Part shown: positions 38,455-48,629 of the stretch, piece after piece
Layout: each line of letters starts with the position of its first letter
Position numbering within the stretch: position 1 is the stretch's first letter
Source: Fidelibacterota bacterium
GTDB taxonomy: Bacteria > Fidelibacterota > UBA8477 > JABMPR01
DNA: 64,000 nt
Direction of reading: 5' to 3'
Assembly: GCA_018673925.1 (NCBI GenBank)
Contig: JABHBL010000088.1
Span: forward strand, 2,516-66,515
Notes under the pieces: model-generated
Seen by the model: only the letters and a program-made list of their open reading frames with translations
Databases searched by the model: none
Told to the model about the DNA's origin: nothing
Position numbers and translations under genes: made by a program

Positions 38455-39239
38455 TGACTGTACAAAGAAATCATTCGAGAATCCTGCTGCTTATCATCAT
38501 CGTTTTGCTGCCACTCATGGGACTCTCTCAGAAGAAAAAGAAAACGGCTGGAACCAGTGAAGGATCTGATAAACGGGAGTTTTTTCAACCCAGTGTGAGA
38601 GTACAGGGATCTGATAGTCTGGTTATGGAGCTCCGTCGGGAAGTAAATCAAATCCAGAACGATATGGATCGTATGCGGCTTCAACTGCGAGAGTATGATG
38701 ACTTAAGCGCACCCAGGATTCGCAAAGAGATCAAACGTCTGGTCAACTTTCCTGAGAAAATCAGTGAGATCACTCTAAAAAATGGAACTGTTGTTCAGGG
38801 TAAGATTCTTTCAGAAGATCTGGACAAAATTATCGTTCAGACCAATATCGGAACACTTTCCATTGTTCAAGAGAACATCAAGGAGCTCAAACCATTTGAT
38901 CGTCTCCATGCAGATGTGGTCTTAAAGGGTGAATTTGAAGATCAACGTCATGCTGACAGCCGTGTATTCATCGGACAGGTCACCAATAAGGGGATGCGAC
39001 GCGCAGATTTTGTAAGAGTTCGCTTCCGTCTTCATGATAAACGTACCACTATAATTGCTCAGGATTCTTCATATATAAGTGGTGAACCCTATTCCTTCTA
39101 TTCAGGTGTTATTAGTGAAAGTTCCCTCTCTGCAGGGGAATCTTCCCTATTTAGAGTTGAGGTGAAGTTACCAACTGGAGTTGAAGCAAAGAATATCTCT
39201 TATGTGACTTACAAGGTCTTGTTCGACGAATTCAATTAG
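38454..39239 (+). CDS. Exported hypothetical protein with coiled coil and FxLYD-like C-terminal domain
   Basis: Signal peptide, coiled coil (ELRREVNQIQNDMDRMRLQL), TLKNGTVVQGKI, GQVTNKG...VRFRLHD; start overlaps the upstream stop. Confidence 0.65.
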   Translation: MTVQRNHSRILLLIIIVLLPLMGLSQKKKKTAGTSEGSDKREFFQPSVRVQGSDSLVMELRREVNQIQNDMDRMRLQLREYDDLSAPRIRKEIKRLVNFPEKISEITLKNGTVVQGKILSEDLDKIIVQTNIGTLSIVQENIKELKPFDRLHADVVLKGEFEDQRHADSRVFIGQVTNKGMRRADFVRVRFRLHDKRTTIIAQDSSYISGEPYSFYSGVISESSLSAGESSLFRVEVKLPTGVEAKNISYVTYKVLFDEFN

Positions 39240-39489
39240 AAGTTCAAATCTGCACCAACAGCACTAAAATTTTCATATTCGGGGGAATTTGACATCGGGC
39301 TGGGGAGTTACTCATGATGCCTGAAAAAGAGAAAACTATTCGATAGATGTTCTATTTTCAACCTGAATTATACAATAAACCTTTAAATACATTGTCCTAT
39401 ATTCAAACCCGACTTTTTCGGGTCAGGTACTGGACAATGCATGGTTCAGGTAATAATTAGATTTGATTTAGATAGTTTCAGGAGAGGAA

Positions 39490-40464
39490 ATGACTCAAGA
39501 AGAAAACATTGAACAACTGGATCAGGGTGTTGTTTCTGATCCAAAACCCCAACACACCATCCGTTCGGTTGTTTCCAAAGCTGAGAAAAAAATTGATCCA
39601 TCCGCAGGCAAAGCAGGCATGGATGAGATTAAAGATGTTCTCAAGAAGAAACAAAAAGATCGCATCGTTAGCGCAGCCCTGGGGAAGTATCAGCTAAATG
39701 AAGAATTAAAGCCCTACCAGGCCGAATTGATCAAGTTGCAGCAGCATATCGAGCGAACTGGCAAAAAGATGATCATCCTTTTTGATGGTCGGGATGCTTC
39801 AGGTAAAGGGGGCACGATTCGCCGTCTCACCCGGTATATGAATGAGAAACGCTATCGTGTAGAGGTACCGGGGAAACCATCACACCGTCAGCAAACAGAG
39901 CTTCATCTTAAGCGCTATATTGAGCGATTCCCCTCAGTGGGCGAAATGGTTCTCTTTGACCGAAGCTGGTATAATAGAGCGCTGGTTGAGCCTGTCATGG
40001 GGTTTTGTACTGAAAAACAGTATCGTGAATTTCTGAACACCGTCAATTCCTATGAGAAGAACTTTGTCAGTGACTCCAAAACCATTTTGCTTAAACTTTA
40101 TTTCTCAGTTTCGAAGGAAGAACAAAACAGACGATTTGAAAGACGCATGAATGACCCCCTGCGCCAATGGAAACTGAGTGAAGTTGACTTACAGGCCCAG
40201 GATCTCTGGGATGAATTTTCTGCAAAGAAATTTAAATTACTTCAGAAGACCAATTCTAAAGAAGCACCCTGGTTTATTGTTCGCTCTGATAGTAAACATG
40301 CTGCCAGACTAGAAACTATGAAATTGATACTTAACTCAATCCCCTATCGTGGAAGAAGCAGAAGCTTAGATTTTCAACCCAATGATGATGTTGTCATTTC
40401 TGGAGAGCGTGAGTTGAAAATCATGGAGCGACAACGCCGTAAGCACGGCCGCTTTATCGGGTAA
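39490..40464 (+). CDS. ppk2: Polyphosphate kinase 2
   Basis: FDGRDASGKGGTI, FDRSWYNRA, DPLRQWKLS. Confidence 0.94.
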   Translation: MTQEENIEQLDQGVVSDPKPQHTIRSVVSKAEKKIDPSAGKAGMDEIKDVLKKKQKDRIVSAALGKYQLNEELKPYQAELIKLQQHIERTGKKMIILFDGRDASGKGGTIRRLTRYMNEKRYRVEVPGKPSHRQQTELHLKRYIERFPSVGEMVLFDRSWYNRALVEPVMGFCTEKQYREFLNTVNSYEKNFVSDSKTILLKLYFSVSKEEQNRRFERRMNDPLRQWKLSEVDLQAQDLWDEFSAKKFKLLQKTNSKEAPWFIVRSDSKHAARLETMKLILNSIPYRGRSRSLDFQPNDDVVISGERELKIMERQRRKHGRFIG

Positions 40465-40480
40465 TTAAGAGGTTAATAAT

Positions 40481-41503
40481 ATGGACAAAAAAACACCATC
40501 CCCCACTCCAACTCCAGTGAGACGGACTCGAACCACAAAGCCGCTTGCCAAAGCAGCTCCAGCTCCTGTTGATCCGAAAAAGGTTCCACCAGTCAAGGAG
40601 GCCGCCAAGACACCGCCTACCAAAGTGGTCAAATCAAAAAAGATTCATTTGCATGAAGGAACGGCTACAAAAAATAAGGATGCTATTGATTCCAAAGGAC
40701 GAGTAGCTGTCTATGTCAAAAAGAAAACTCTGGATTATGAAATTGAACTCAAGCGACTTCAGATAGAACTTCTCAAACTGCAAAACCATGTAAAGGAGCA
40801 TAATCTCAGAGTGCTGATGATCTTTGAAGGACGTGATGCAGCAGGCAAGGGCGGAACCATCAAAAGAATCACGGAGCATCTCAATCCTCGTGGTGCTAGA
40901 GTGGTTGCTCTGGAAAAGCCCAGTGATGTTGAAACAAGACAATGGTATTTCCAGCGATATATTCAACATCTCCCAGCCGGTGGTGAAATTGTTCTCTTTG
41001 ATCGTAGTTGGTATAACAGAGCTATGGTTGAGCCCATTATGGGTTTTTGCACCGATGAACAAAATAAACGTTTCATCAAAGATGTCCCCCTGTTTGAACA
41101 GATGCTGGTGAAAGATGGGATCAAACTTTTTAAATTCTATTTTTCGGTCTCCAAGGAAGAACAACTCGCCCGGTTTAAGGCCAGAGAGACAGATCCCCTC
41201 AAACAATACAAAATTTCCCCAGTGGATATGGAAGCCCAGAATCTTTGGGATCAGTATTCAGTAAAGAAATTCCAAATGTTATCTGAAACCAACAGGACCA
41301 TTGCTCCCTGGACTATTATCCGATCTGACAATAAGAAGTTGGCTCGTTTGAATACCATCAAATACATCCTGAGAAAGATGGACTATGAAGGAAAACTGGA
41401 AAAAGAATTCTTCAAAACGAATTCTAATATTCTAGTCTCAGGTATCAAGGAATTGAAATTGATGGAAGATTTACTGATGACACCAGGTGATCTGCCTGGA
41501 TAA
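40481..41503 (+). CDS. ppk2: Polyphosphate kinase 2 with Pro/Lys/Thr-rich N-terminal extension
   Basis: FEGRDAAGKGGTIKR, WYFQRY, FDRSWYNRA. Confidence 0.95.
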   Translation: MDKKTPSPTPTPVRRTRTTKPLAKAAPAPVDPKKVPPVKEAAKTPPTKVVKSKKIHLHEGTATKNKDAIDSKGRVAVYVKKKTLDYEIELKRLQIELLKLQNHVKEHNLRVLMIFEGRDAAGKGGTIKRITEHLNPRGARVVALEKPSDVETRQWYFQRYIQHLPAGGEIVLFDRSWYNRAMVEPIMGFCTDEQNKRFIKDVPLFEQMLVKDGIKLFKFYFSVSKEEQLARFKARETDPLKQYKISPVDMEAQNLWDQYSVKKFQMLSETNRTIAPWTIIRSDNKKLARLNTIKYILRKMDYEGKLEKEFFKTNSNILVSGIKELKLMEDLLMTPGDLPG

Positions 41504-41511
41504 TAACTCAT

Positions 41512-41547
41512 AAAAAAAGGGCTATCCAAATGGATAGCCCTTTTTTT
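41512..41547. terminator. Bidirectional intrinsic terminator
   Basis: A7-GGGCTATCC-AAAT-GGATAGCCC-T7. Confidence 0.9.
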
Positions 41548-41563
41548 GTTGTTTCGTTTCTAC

Positions 41564-43747
41564 TTAAAAAACAAATTCAAAATTGATGGTCGGCATAAAG
41601 GGCAATAGAACGAAGGTTCTATCCTGGAGACTGTTTGTGACCCAGCTGGCCTCATCAAACTCCAGGTTCTTGCTATTGGTCAGATTAATCAGCTTCAAAC
41701 TGATCTTCCCATCGACCCTTTCCCACGAGACTTCACGATAAAAGGACAAATCAAGCCGATGATAGGCTGAAGACCATTTCCATTCTTGATCTGCGTCAAA
41801 ATGGCGTTTCCCTGAAGCAAGCGAGAAATCCATTTTATAGCCCATATTGTCTCTGAATTTGCCGTCGAGTGTAAAATAAAATTCATGTTGCCTGTGCCCT
41901 GGGAGGAGATCCTTAACATCTGTAGTGTCTGTGAGAGTCGCCGTAGAGAATCTATATTTTGCCAATGTACGAAATCCAGGGGTTAACTTTTCCAGAGAAA
42001 GATTGAGACCACTCACAAGACCTGATTTGTAGGGAACCAGCCATTTGTCCTGGGCACTAAAATCACCCTGCCAGCTGCTATCAAGGAGTGTGGGATTTTC
42101 CAATAGTTGGGTAAAAACCTCTGCTGATACATCATAGCCAATGCGTGGCTTGAAGCTACCTCCAAAACTAACATCCACTTCACCAGGCATTTCGAGGCTC
42201 TTATCCACTGGAATCAATATATCCAGGAGTGGTTGACTCAAGGTATTAGAGAGAGATACTTCCCTATTTGTGGGAGTTGATTGAACCATAGAGAAATATG
42301 CATTATATACATTTGATGGATCCCAATCAACACGCAGGCTTGGGTTAACAGCAAGCTTTTCTGAGAAAGAGGAATAGACGGTTTGAAGTCCCACATCTGT
42401 CGACAGATTATAGGGTAGTGTGTATCGATAGCCTGCCTTGGCTTTAAATATCAAGCCTGAGACATCATTCAAGGCACTGGAATCGACATAGGCCACATCA
42501 GAATTTAGGAGATCAGCGCTGATTCCTGCCGAAACCATATTGTTTCGACCCAGGAAGTATTCAGCATGGGTAGATATTCCATACGTACTCAGATCATTGG
42601 TAAAATCACCATTCAAATCCTGGGACAAACTAAAGGGTATCTGATCTGCTCTCAGGAAGGTATGATAATTCTTCCCATACAGATTTGTAAGGACTGCCAG
42701 TCGGGGACTAAACCGATGCTGCATGCGCCCTGAGATAAAGCTATTGTACCAACTGGAATGCGCACTGCGCCCCTGTGCACCCAGCCAATGAAGTTTATCA
42801 AAGGTTAGATACATGTTCCCAGAAACTTTGGTATCATCACTGATATCAAAGGTGATTTTTCCATTCAAATCATAAAAATAATAATCAGGTTTGAATCTTC
42901 GATAAACACTATCAGACTGAGTAGTACTTAATGAATAGATCGCATCAAAATCCACACGACGACCAGAAAAATACCAAGAGCCGCCGGCTGGATGAGGACC
43001 TGAAGTGGTGAGTCCACTTTCTACAAGTCCCAGAATTGCGCGAACATCAGGATTGGCTCGGTTACCTTCTTTATAGATCAATTCAGTCGTGCCTACCGGG
43101 TCAGTAGTCGTTTGTCTAACATTACCAGCGCCATGGTTTTCGATATGCTTTACAGCGTCAAGGTTGAATGCGGGATAAATATTGTAGAGGTGTCGTGTGT
43201 TCTCTACTGGAACTCCATCAATAACATATTTAGTAAATTCACCAGTGGGATGCAGCCAGCGAGTAGGAGCTAAAAGTTCATAAGAAAAATCACTGCCTTC
43301 AAGTTCCTCAGTTTTCAATAACTCAATATCTTTGGGTTGTTCTGGTCCAGGAAGTTGAGAGGTGATTGTGTGTTCAGGTATCTCCAATAGCGAGTCTACC
43401 ACCACTACCTCTTCTCCACCTAAGGTTTGAGGTTCCATGTGGATTGGGATAATGATGTGCGTATCATCCTCAAAAAAGAATTGTTTACCAAATGAGTTGT
43501 AACCCATATAGGAACAGACGACTTGTAGACTATCATGGGATAAGCCACTGAGGTAAAAATAGCCGTCTACATTGGAGGTTCCGCCTAGATAGGTGCCTTT
43601 AATAACAAGATTGGCATATGGTAAAGGTTCAAGTGTGACCGAATTCCTGATCGTACCAGAAATTGATTTAATTTGACCAAAAAGCATGGGCACAGTCAGC
43701 AGGAGGATTAATAGTCGAACATAGGATTTTTTCATTTTATTTCTCAT
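41564..43747 (-). CDS. TonB-dependent receptor-like outer membrane protein with CarboxypepD_reg-like N-terminal domain
   Basis: ISGTIRNSVTLEPLPYANL..SYMGY; plug-like IDGVPV..HL..FN.DAVK; barrel strands; YHRLDLS; terminal Phe. Confidence 0.75.
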   Translation of the reverse strand: MRNKMKKSYVRLLILLLTVPMLFGQIKSISGTIRNSVTLEPLPYANLVIKGTYLGGTSNVDGYFYLSGLSHDSLQVVCSYMGYNSFGKQFFFEDDTHIIIPIHMEPQTLGGEEVVVVDSLLEIPEHTITSQLPGPEQPKDIELLKTEELEGSDFSYELLAPTRWLHPTGEFTKYVIDGVPVENTRHLYNIYPAFNLDAVKHIENHGAGNVRQTTTDPVGTTELIYKEGNRANPDVRAILGLVESGLTTSGPHPAGGSWYFSGRRVDFDAIYSLSTTQSDSVYRRFKPDYYFYDLNGKITFDISDDTKVSGNMYLTFDKLHWLGAQGRSAHSSWYNSFISGRMQHRFSPRLAVLTNLYGKNYHTFLRADQIPFSLSQDLNGDFTNDLSTYGISTHAEYFLGRNNMVSAGISADLLNSDVAYVDSSALNDVSGLIFKAKAGYRYTLPYNLSTDVGLQTVYSSFSEKLAVNPSLRVDWDPSNVYNAYFSMVQSTPTNREVSLSNTLSQPLLDILIPVDKSLEMPGEVDVSFGGSFKPRIGYDVSAEVFTQLLENPTLLDSSWQGDFSAQDKWLVPYKSGLVSGLNLSLEKLTPGFRTLAKYRFSTATLTDTTDVKDLLPGHRQHEFYFTLDGKFRDNMGYKMDFSLASGKRHFDADQEWKWSSAYHRLDLSFYREVSWERVDGKISLKLINLTNSKNLEFDEASWVTNSLQDRTFVLLPFMPTINFEFVF

Positions 43748-43782
43748 TCCCCAAAAATTTCAATAACATATAACATTATACT

Positions 43783-44244
43783 TTAATACCAGGTCACATT
43801 CCAATTAAGAAGTTTCCCTGATTCATATTTAAAAACCGCTGAGAAAATACCTGGTTGATCCAGCCAATCCATAAAAATCCGATCTCCATCCCAGAGAGGA
43901 ATATCTTTGAGATCAGCATTGTCTATCCATTGGAGGTGACCCTCAGGTGAGTCGATTAACTCTCCTGAAAACTCATCAAAACAATACACATGCACATACC
44001 AATCATTTTGACCATCAAAATTTGGAAAGGTGATAAACCCTTTAAGCTGTGGTTTGGATACGAGTAGGCCAGATTCTTCCATGACTTCCCTGATGGCACA
44101 AGCTTCAGGAGATTCTCCTCCCTCAACTTTGCCGCCTAACCCATTCCATTTCCCCTCATGCATATCATCGGCTTTTTTATTACGATGAAGCATCAAGGTC
44201 TTCTCGCCCTCACGTATGTAACACAAAGTTGCTAGCTTATTCAT
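43783..44244 (-). CDS. mutT: Nudix hydrolase, 8-oxo-dGTP diphosphatase (MutX/MTH1-like)
   Basis: GKWNGLGGKVEGGESPEACAIREVMEESGL. Confidence 0.9.
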   Translation of the reverse strand: MNKLATLCYIREGEKTLMLHRNKKADDMHEGKWNGLGGKVEGGESPEACAIREVMEESGLLVSKPQLKGFITFPNFDGQNDWYVHVYCFDEFSGELIDSPEGHLQWIDNADLKDIPLWDGDRIFMDWLDQPGIFSAVFKYESGKLLNWNVTWY

Positions 44245-44291
44245 CCTGTCTGTCCAAGTCTTTACAATGTCAATTGTTCCGCAAGTGAAAT

Positions 44292-44322
44292 AAAAAAAAG
44301 TCCGGTAAGAACCGGACTTTTT
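44292..44322 (-). terminator. Intrinsic terminator after the MarR gene
   Basis: A8-GTCCGGT-AAGA-ACCGGAC-T5. Confidence 0.85.
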
Positions 44323-44342
44323 CTCACAATTATTGATATGAA

Positions 44343-44798
44343 TCAGGCGTTTCTTACCAGCCAGGTACTTACTAAACCCTGCATCAGAGAAATACCATTG
44401 TAGATTTTATCCCTATCTTCAACAGAGATATCTTTAAGCATTTCACCATGTAGATCAGCATACTCTTCTTTGAGCTTTCCTACCAGAGTTTGACCTTTAT
44501 TGGTAAGGCTAATTTTGGCGAATCGACGATCTTCAATACTTTGAACCCGGTCTACCAATTTCTCAGCGAAAAGACCATCAATGATTCTGGTCAAGCGGCT
44601 TGGTGAAAGATGCATGCTGGTTGCCAACTCCTGTACAGAGTAAGATTTACCAGCTTCAACAATTCTCAGACAACGGAATTCAGCAACTTTTAGTCCGTGA
44701 TCTTTGGCAAACATTTTTTCTTTGGCTTCACAACACCTCAAAAGATCGAATGTCAATTCGGTGATTGCGCTGGCCTGTTGTTTCAATTTCATGTCCAT
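44343..44798 (-). CDS. MarR-family transcriptional regulator
   Basis: ELATSMHLSPSRLTRIIDGL, DRR...LTNKG; ATG 44798 follows an AGGGG RBS. Confidence 0.9.
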   Translation of the reverse strand: MDMKLKQQASAITELTFDLLRCCEAKEKMFAKDHGLKVAEFRCLRIVEAGKSYSVQELATSMHLSPSRLTRIIDGLFAEKLVDRVQSIEDRRFAKISLTNKGQTLVGKLKEEYADLHGEMLKDISVEDRDKIYNGISLMQGLVSTWLVRNA

Positions 44799-45080
44799 AA
44801 CTTTTCCCCTTAGACTTTCTATTTTTTCCAAATATTCTTTATACTTAAAATCATTGTCTTTGATAATGATTGCTATTACACAAAAATTTAGTATCTGAAT
44901 GAACCTAAGACTAACAATTTCTTTGCTAAAGGCAAAAATAGTGAGTTTGTAGCTATTAACTATACATGATATTATTTATTACATTTCTTTACGATGCGAA
45001 TGATCCTCATATTGATATTTCGACAAATATTTTGAATTATTCTTCATGACAAGTGTGGAGTCAAAACCTAAACTGTTGCC

Positions 45081-45578
45081 ATGCAAAAATTAACTGACTA
45101 TCGAGACAGCCGAATGCTTCAATATCCTGAAACCGTCAGCATTGTCATTGTGAAAGATGAGGACGGAAGATACAATCCTATGTCTGCTTCATGGGTGATG
45201 CTCACCTCAATTGAACCACGCATGATTGCCATTTCCATTGGATTTGAGCGCTACACCTACGAGCTCATGCGTAAACAGACTGAATTTGTCATCAGCTTCC
45301 CTTCAGCGGGAATGGCAGCAGAGGTAAAACTCTTCGGTTCAGAATCGGGTCGAGATATGGACAAATTGAAGCACCTAGGAACTCCGACACAACCGGCGAC
45401 TAAGATTGATGGCCTCTTATTGTCTGAAGCGACAGTCAATTATGAATGTGTTTTAAAGGATACTCTGATTACAGGTGATCACATGATTTTTTCAGGAGAG
45501 ATTGTGGCCAGCCACAAACATGTCGATGATCTCCCCCGACTCTATGTACTCGAGCCCAAGAAATACGGTGGGCTTTAA
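45081..45578 (+). CDS. Flavin reductase-like (flavoredoxin-type) protein
   Basis: NPMSASW, FGSESGRDMDK, YECVL, GDHMIFSGEIV. Confidence 0.88.
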   Translation: MQKLTDYRDSRMLQYPETVSIVIVKDEDGRYNPMSASWVMLTSIEPRMIAISIGFERYTYELMRKQTEFVISFPSAGMAAEVKLFGSESGRDMDKLKHLGTPTQPATKIDGLLLSEATVNYECVLKDTLITGDHMIFSGEIVASHKHVDDLPRLYVLEPKKYGGL

Positions 45579-45612
45579 CCCCTAGATCAGCACAATTGAT
45601 TCCTATTCGGGT

Positions 45613-47196
45613 TTAGTGAAGCCCGAGATATTCATCATAACTTGAAGTATTGACTTCAACAGTCTTGGCATCTAGATCGATGATGCGATCGGAAACGGTC
45701 TGGTTAAATTCATGATCGTGTGAAGTAAACAGGATATTCCCTTTATAGCGCATCAAACCTTCATTGATCGCGGTAATACTTTCCAGGTCGAGGTGATTGG
45801 TAGGACCATCAAACATGAGCACATTTGAGTGGGTAACCATCATCTTAGCAAACATACATCTGACCCGCTCCCCTCCTGATAGAACATTGGTTTTCTTGAA
45901 AGCATCTTCACCGGAGAAAAGCATCTGACCAAGTAGCCCACGGATATAGGGTTCGTGTTGATCTTCAGAATACATACGCAGCCAATCGATCAGATTGTAT
46001 TTTCCAGGTTCAAAGTATTCTGTGTTGTCCTTGGGAAAGTATGACTGTGTGGTTGTGACACCCCACCTGGCAAAACCTGAGTCTGGCTCCATTTCACCAG
46101 CGAGAATTTTAAAGAGGGTTGTGGTTGCCATTTCGTTTTCAGCTAGAAAAATGACCTTTTCACCACGTGCAATATGAAACGTGAGGTTATCGAGGATCTT
46201 TTTGCCTTCAATTGTCTTAGACAGACCCTCAACGGTAAGAATATCTTTGCCAGCTTCACGTGCGGGTTCAAAGTGAATGTAGGGATATTTTCTGGTTGAT
46301 ACCGGCATATCACCCAATTCAAGTTTTTCTAATTGTTTCTGCCTTGATGTAGCCTGTTTTGATTTACTGGCATTGGCGGAGAAACGTGAGATAAACGCTT
46401 TTAACTCTTTGGCTTTGTCTTCAGCTTTTTTGTTCTGATTGTTTCTTAGATTTTGTGCCAATTCGCTGGATTGTCTCCAAAAATCGTAGTTTCCAGCAAA
46501 AGTCGTGATCTTCCCAAAATCGATATCGGCCGTCATTGTACAGACCTTATTAAGAAAGTGTCTATCATGGGAGACGACTACAACAGTATTCGTGAAGCTC
46601 AATAAAAACTGTTCCAGCCAATCCTTAGCTTTGATATCGAGGTGATTTGTGGGTTCATCCAGAAGCAGGATGTCAGGATTTCCAAAAATAGCCTGAGCTA
46701 GCAATACCTTAATTTTTTCTGAACCCCTGAGATCTTTCATTTCGCGATCAGCATAGGATACATCGAGTCCAAGACCTGCCAAAAGCACCATCGCTTCTGA
46801 CTCAGCCTCCCAGCCTCCCATCTCACCAAATTCGGATTCAAGCTCTGCAGCTTTCATCCCATCCGCATCTGAGAAATCAGGTTTCATATAGATCGCATCT
46901 TTTTCCTGCATGATGTTGAAGAGAATCTCATTCCCTTTTAGGACAGTCTCTAAAACTGTAAATTCATCATATGCAAACTGATCCTGTTTTAACACGGACA
47001 TACGTTCGCCAGGACCTATGCTAATGTTGCCCTTTTGCATCTCGATATCTCCGGCAAGCAGTTTGAGGAAGGTGGATTTTCCCGAACCGTTGGCCCCGAT
47101 GAGTCCATAACAGTTACCAGGTGTAAACTTTATATTTACATCTTCAAACAGCTTCTGACCACCAAAGGTCAAACTAACATTATTGGTACTTAGCAT
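45613..47196 (-). CDS. ABC-F family ATPase (YbiT/YkpA-like)
   Basis: [28 protein letters not shown], second domain LSGGE and DGPTNHLD; no TM segments. Confidence 0.93.
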   Translation of the reverse strand: MLSTNNVSLTFGGQKLFEDVNIKFTPGNCYGLIGANGSGKSTFLKLLAGDIEMQKGNISIGPGERMSVLKQDQFAYDEFTVLETVLKGNEILFNIMQEKDAIYMKPDFSDADGMKAAELESEFGEMGGWEAESEAMVLLAGLGLDVSYADREMKDLRGSEKIKVLLAQAIFGNPDILLLDEPTNHLDIKAKDWLEQFLLSFTNTVVVVSHDRHFLNKVCTMTADIDFGKITTFAGNYDFWRQSSELAQNLRNNQNKKAEDKAKELKAFISRFSANASKSKQATSRQKQLEKLELGDMPVSTRKYPYIHFEPAREAGKDILTVEGLSKTIEGKKILDNLTFHIARGEKVIFLAENEMATTTLFKILAGEMEPDSGFARWGVTTTQSYFPKDNTEYFEPGKYNLIDWLRMYSEDQHEPYIRGLLGQMLFSGEDAFKKTNVLSGGERVRCMFAKMMVTHSNVLMFDGPTNHLDLESITAINEGLMRYKGNILFTSHDHEFNQTVSDRIIDLDAKTVEVNTSSYDEYLGLH

Positions 47197-47324
47197 ATAT
47201 GTATAATTGTCCTATTTATAATCACTTCTGACATCAGGGATCATATAGTTGCTGAAAGCTCCTCTTCAAACCAGAAAAGTGAACAAATTTGAACTTTGAT
47301 TGAGTCGGGATTTTGTACTAAGGC

Positions 47325-48629
47325 CTAATCGATTCTTTCGAGAATAAGTGGTGGAATTTCAGGAGGAGATGGATTAATGGTAAAGATTGACTCTCCGTTG
47401 GCCAGCACCTCACGGAGGGCTTTCTCATCATTGGAATAAACTGTGAGAATGTCATCACCCCTATTGAGATTATCTCCGATTCGGGAATGGATATACATAC
47501 CGCTGGAATAATCTATTGTATCAGTGATTTTGCGTCGACCTGCACCAAGTTGTATACCTGCAAAGCCAAGCGCCATCGTATCTATCTGAGCGAGGTAACC
47601 CGCTTCAGGAGCCTGGATTGCTCCTGAATATTTTGCCCTGGGGTATTTACTCAAATTATCCAGAACACCTGGATCACCACCCTGAAGCTCGGTAATTCTT
47701 TTAAGTTTCTCAAAAGCTGAGCCTTCAGTTACAGTTTTGACCTGAAGATCAATAGCAGCCTCTTGAGAGAGATCTGGATTTGACATTTTCAGAATTTCAG
47801 CACCGAGAGCGTAAGTTACATCCATGAGATCAGCAGGACCCTCTCCCTGTAATCCTCGCACAGACTCCTCCATCTCAAACCAATTTCCAATGGCTGAACC
47901 AAGGGGTTGGTTCATATCTGTGATCAAGGCAGTAGTCTTGATTCCATAACCTTTTCCGATAGAAACAAGGCTTTTAGCTAAGGCACGGGAATCATCGGGA
48001 GTCTGCATAAAGGCACCATTCCCAGTTTTCACATCCAGGACCAGTCCTTGAATACCTTCGGCAATTTTTTTGCTCATGATACTGGCAGAAATAAGGGGGA
48101 TAGATCTCACTGTAGCTGTGACATCTCGTAGCGAATAGATTTTCTTATCGGCGGGACAAATATTTCCCGTTTGTCCAATGAGACCCATACGCTCATTGAT
48201 GACCATGTCCTTCCAATCATTCAATTCAAGATTCACATTAAAACCGGGAATGGATTCCAATTTATCCAGCGTTCCACCACTATGTCCAAGTCCCCTCCCT
48301 GATATCATAGGTATATGTATACCTAATACAGCGAGAATCGGTGCCAACAAAATTGATACCTTGTCACCCACACCGCCGGTGCTGTGCTTGTCTGCTACAA
48401 AACCAGGAGCGGAGCTAAAATCCATTCGCTCGCCAGATTCCAACATAACTTTTGTGAGCGACACAGTTTCTTCCGTAGTCATTCCCTTGATAAAGATGGC
48501 CATGAGGAGGGCAGACATTTGATAATCTGGAATATCCCCATCGGTATAGGCCATGATGAAATCTTTTATTTCACTATCGGTGAGAGGCAGCCCCTGTGAT
48601 TTTTTTTCAATGATCTGATAGGGTATCAT
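47325..48629 (-). CDS. pdp: Pyrimidine-nucleoside / thymidine phosphorylase
   Basis: DKHSTGGVGDK, SGRGLGHSGGTLDKLESIPG, SIMSKK, DVKTGNGAFM; start MIPYQ (48629). Confidence 0.94.
   Translation of the reverse strand: MIPYQIIEKKSQGLPLTDSEIKDFIMAYTDGDIPDYQMSALLMAIFIKGMTTEETVSLTKVMLESGERMDFSSAPGFVADKHSTGGVGDKVSILLAPILAVLGIHIPMISGRGLGHSGGTLDKLESIPGFNVNLELNDWKDMVINERMGLIGQTGNICPADKKIYSLRDVTATVRSIPLISASIMSKKIAEGIQGLVLDVKTGNGAFMQTPDDSRALAKSLVSIGKGYGIKTTALITDMNQPLGSAIGNWFEMEESVRGLQGEGPADLMDVTYALGAEILKMSNPDLSQEAAIDLQVKTVTEGSAFEKLKRITELQGGDPGVLDNLSKYPRAKYSGAIQAPEAGYLAQIDTMALGFAGIQLGAGRRKITDTIDYSSGMYIHSRIGDNLNRGDDILTVYSNDEKALREVLANGESIFTINPSPPEIPPLILERID

Noticed and set aside
40634..41206. 190-aa antisense ORF, representative of the many short overlapping ORFs in the track
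   Set aside because: Lies entirely opposite a well-supported gene (ppk2) and has no independent evidence.
44860..44970. Possible MarR operator palindromes (e.g. TTTGCTAAAGGCAAA) between marR and the flavin reductase gene
   Set aside because: Too degenerate in AT-rich DNA to call by eye.
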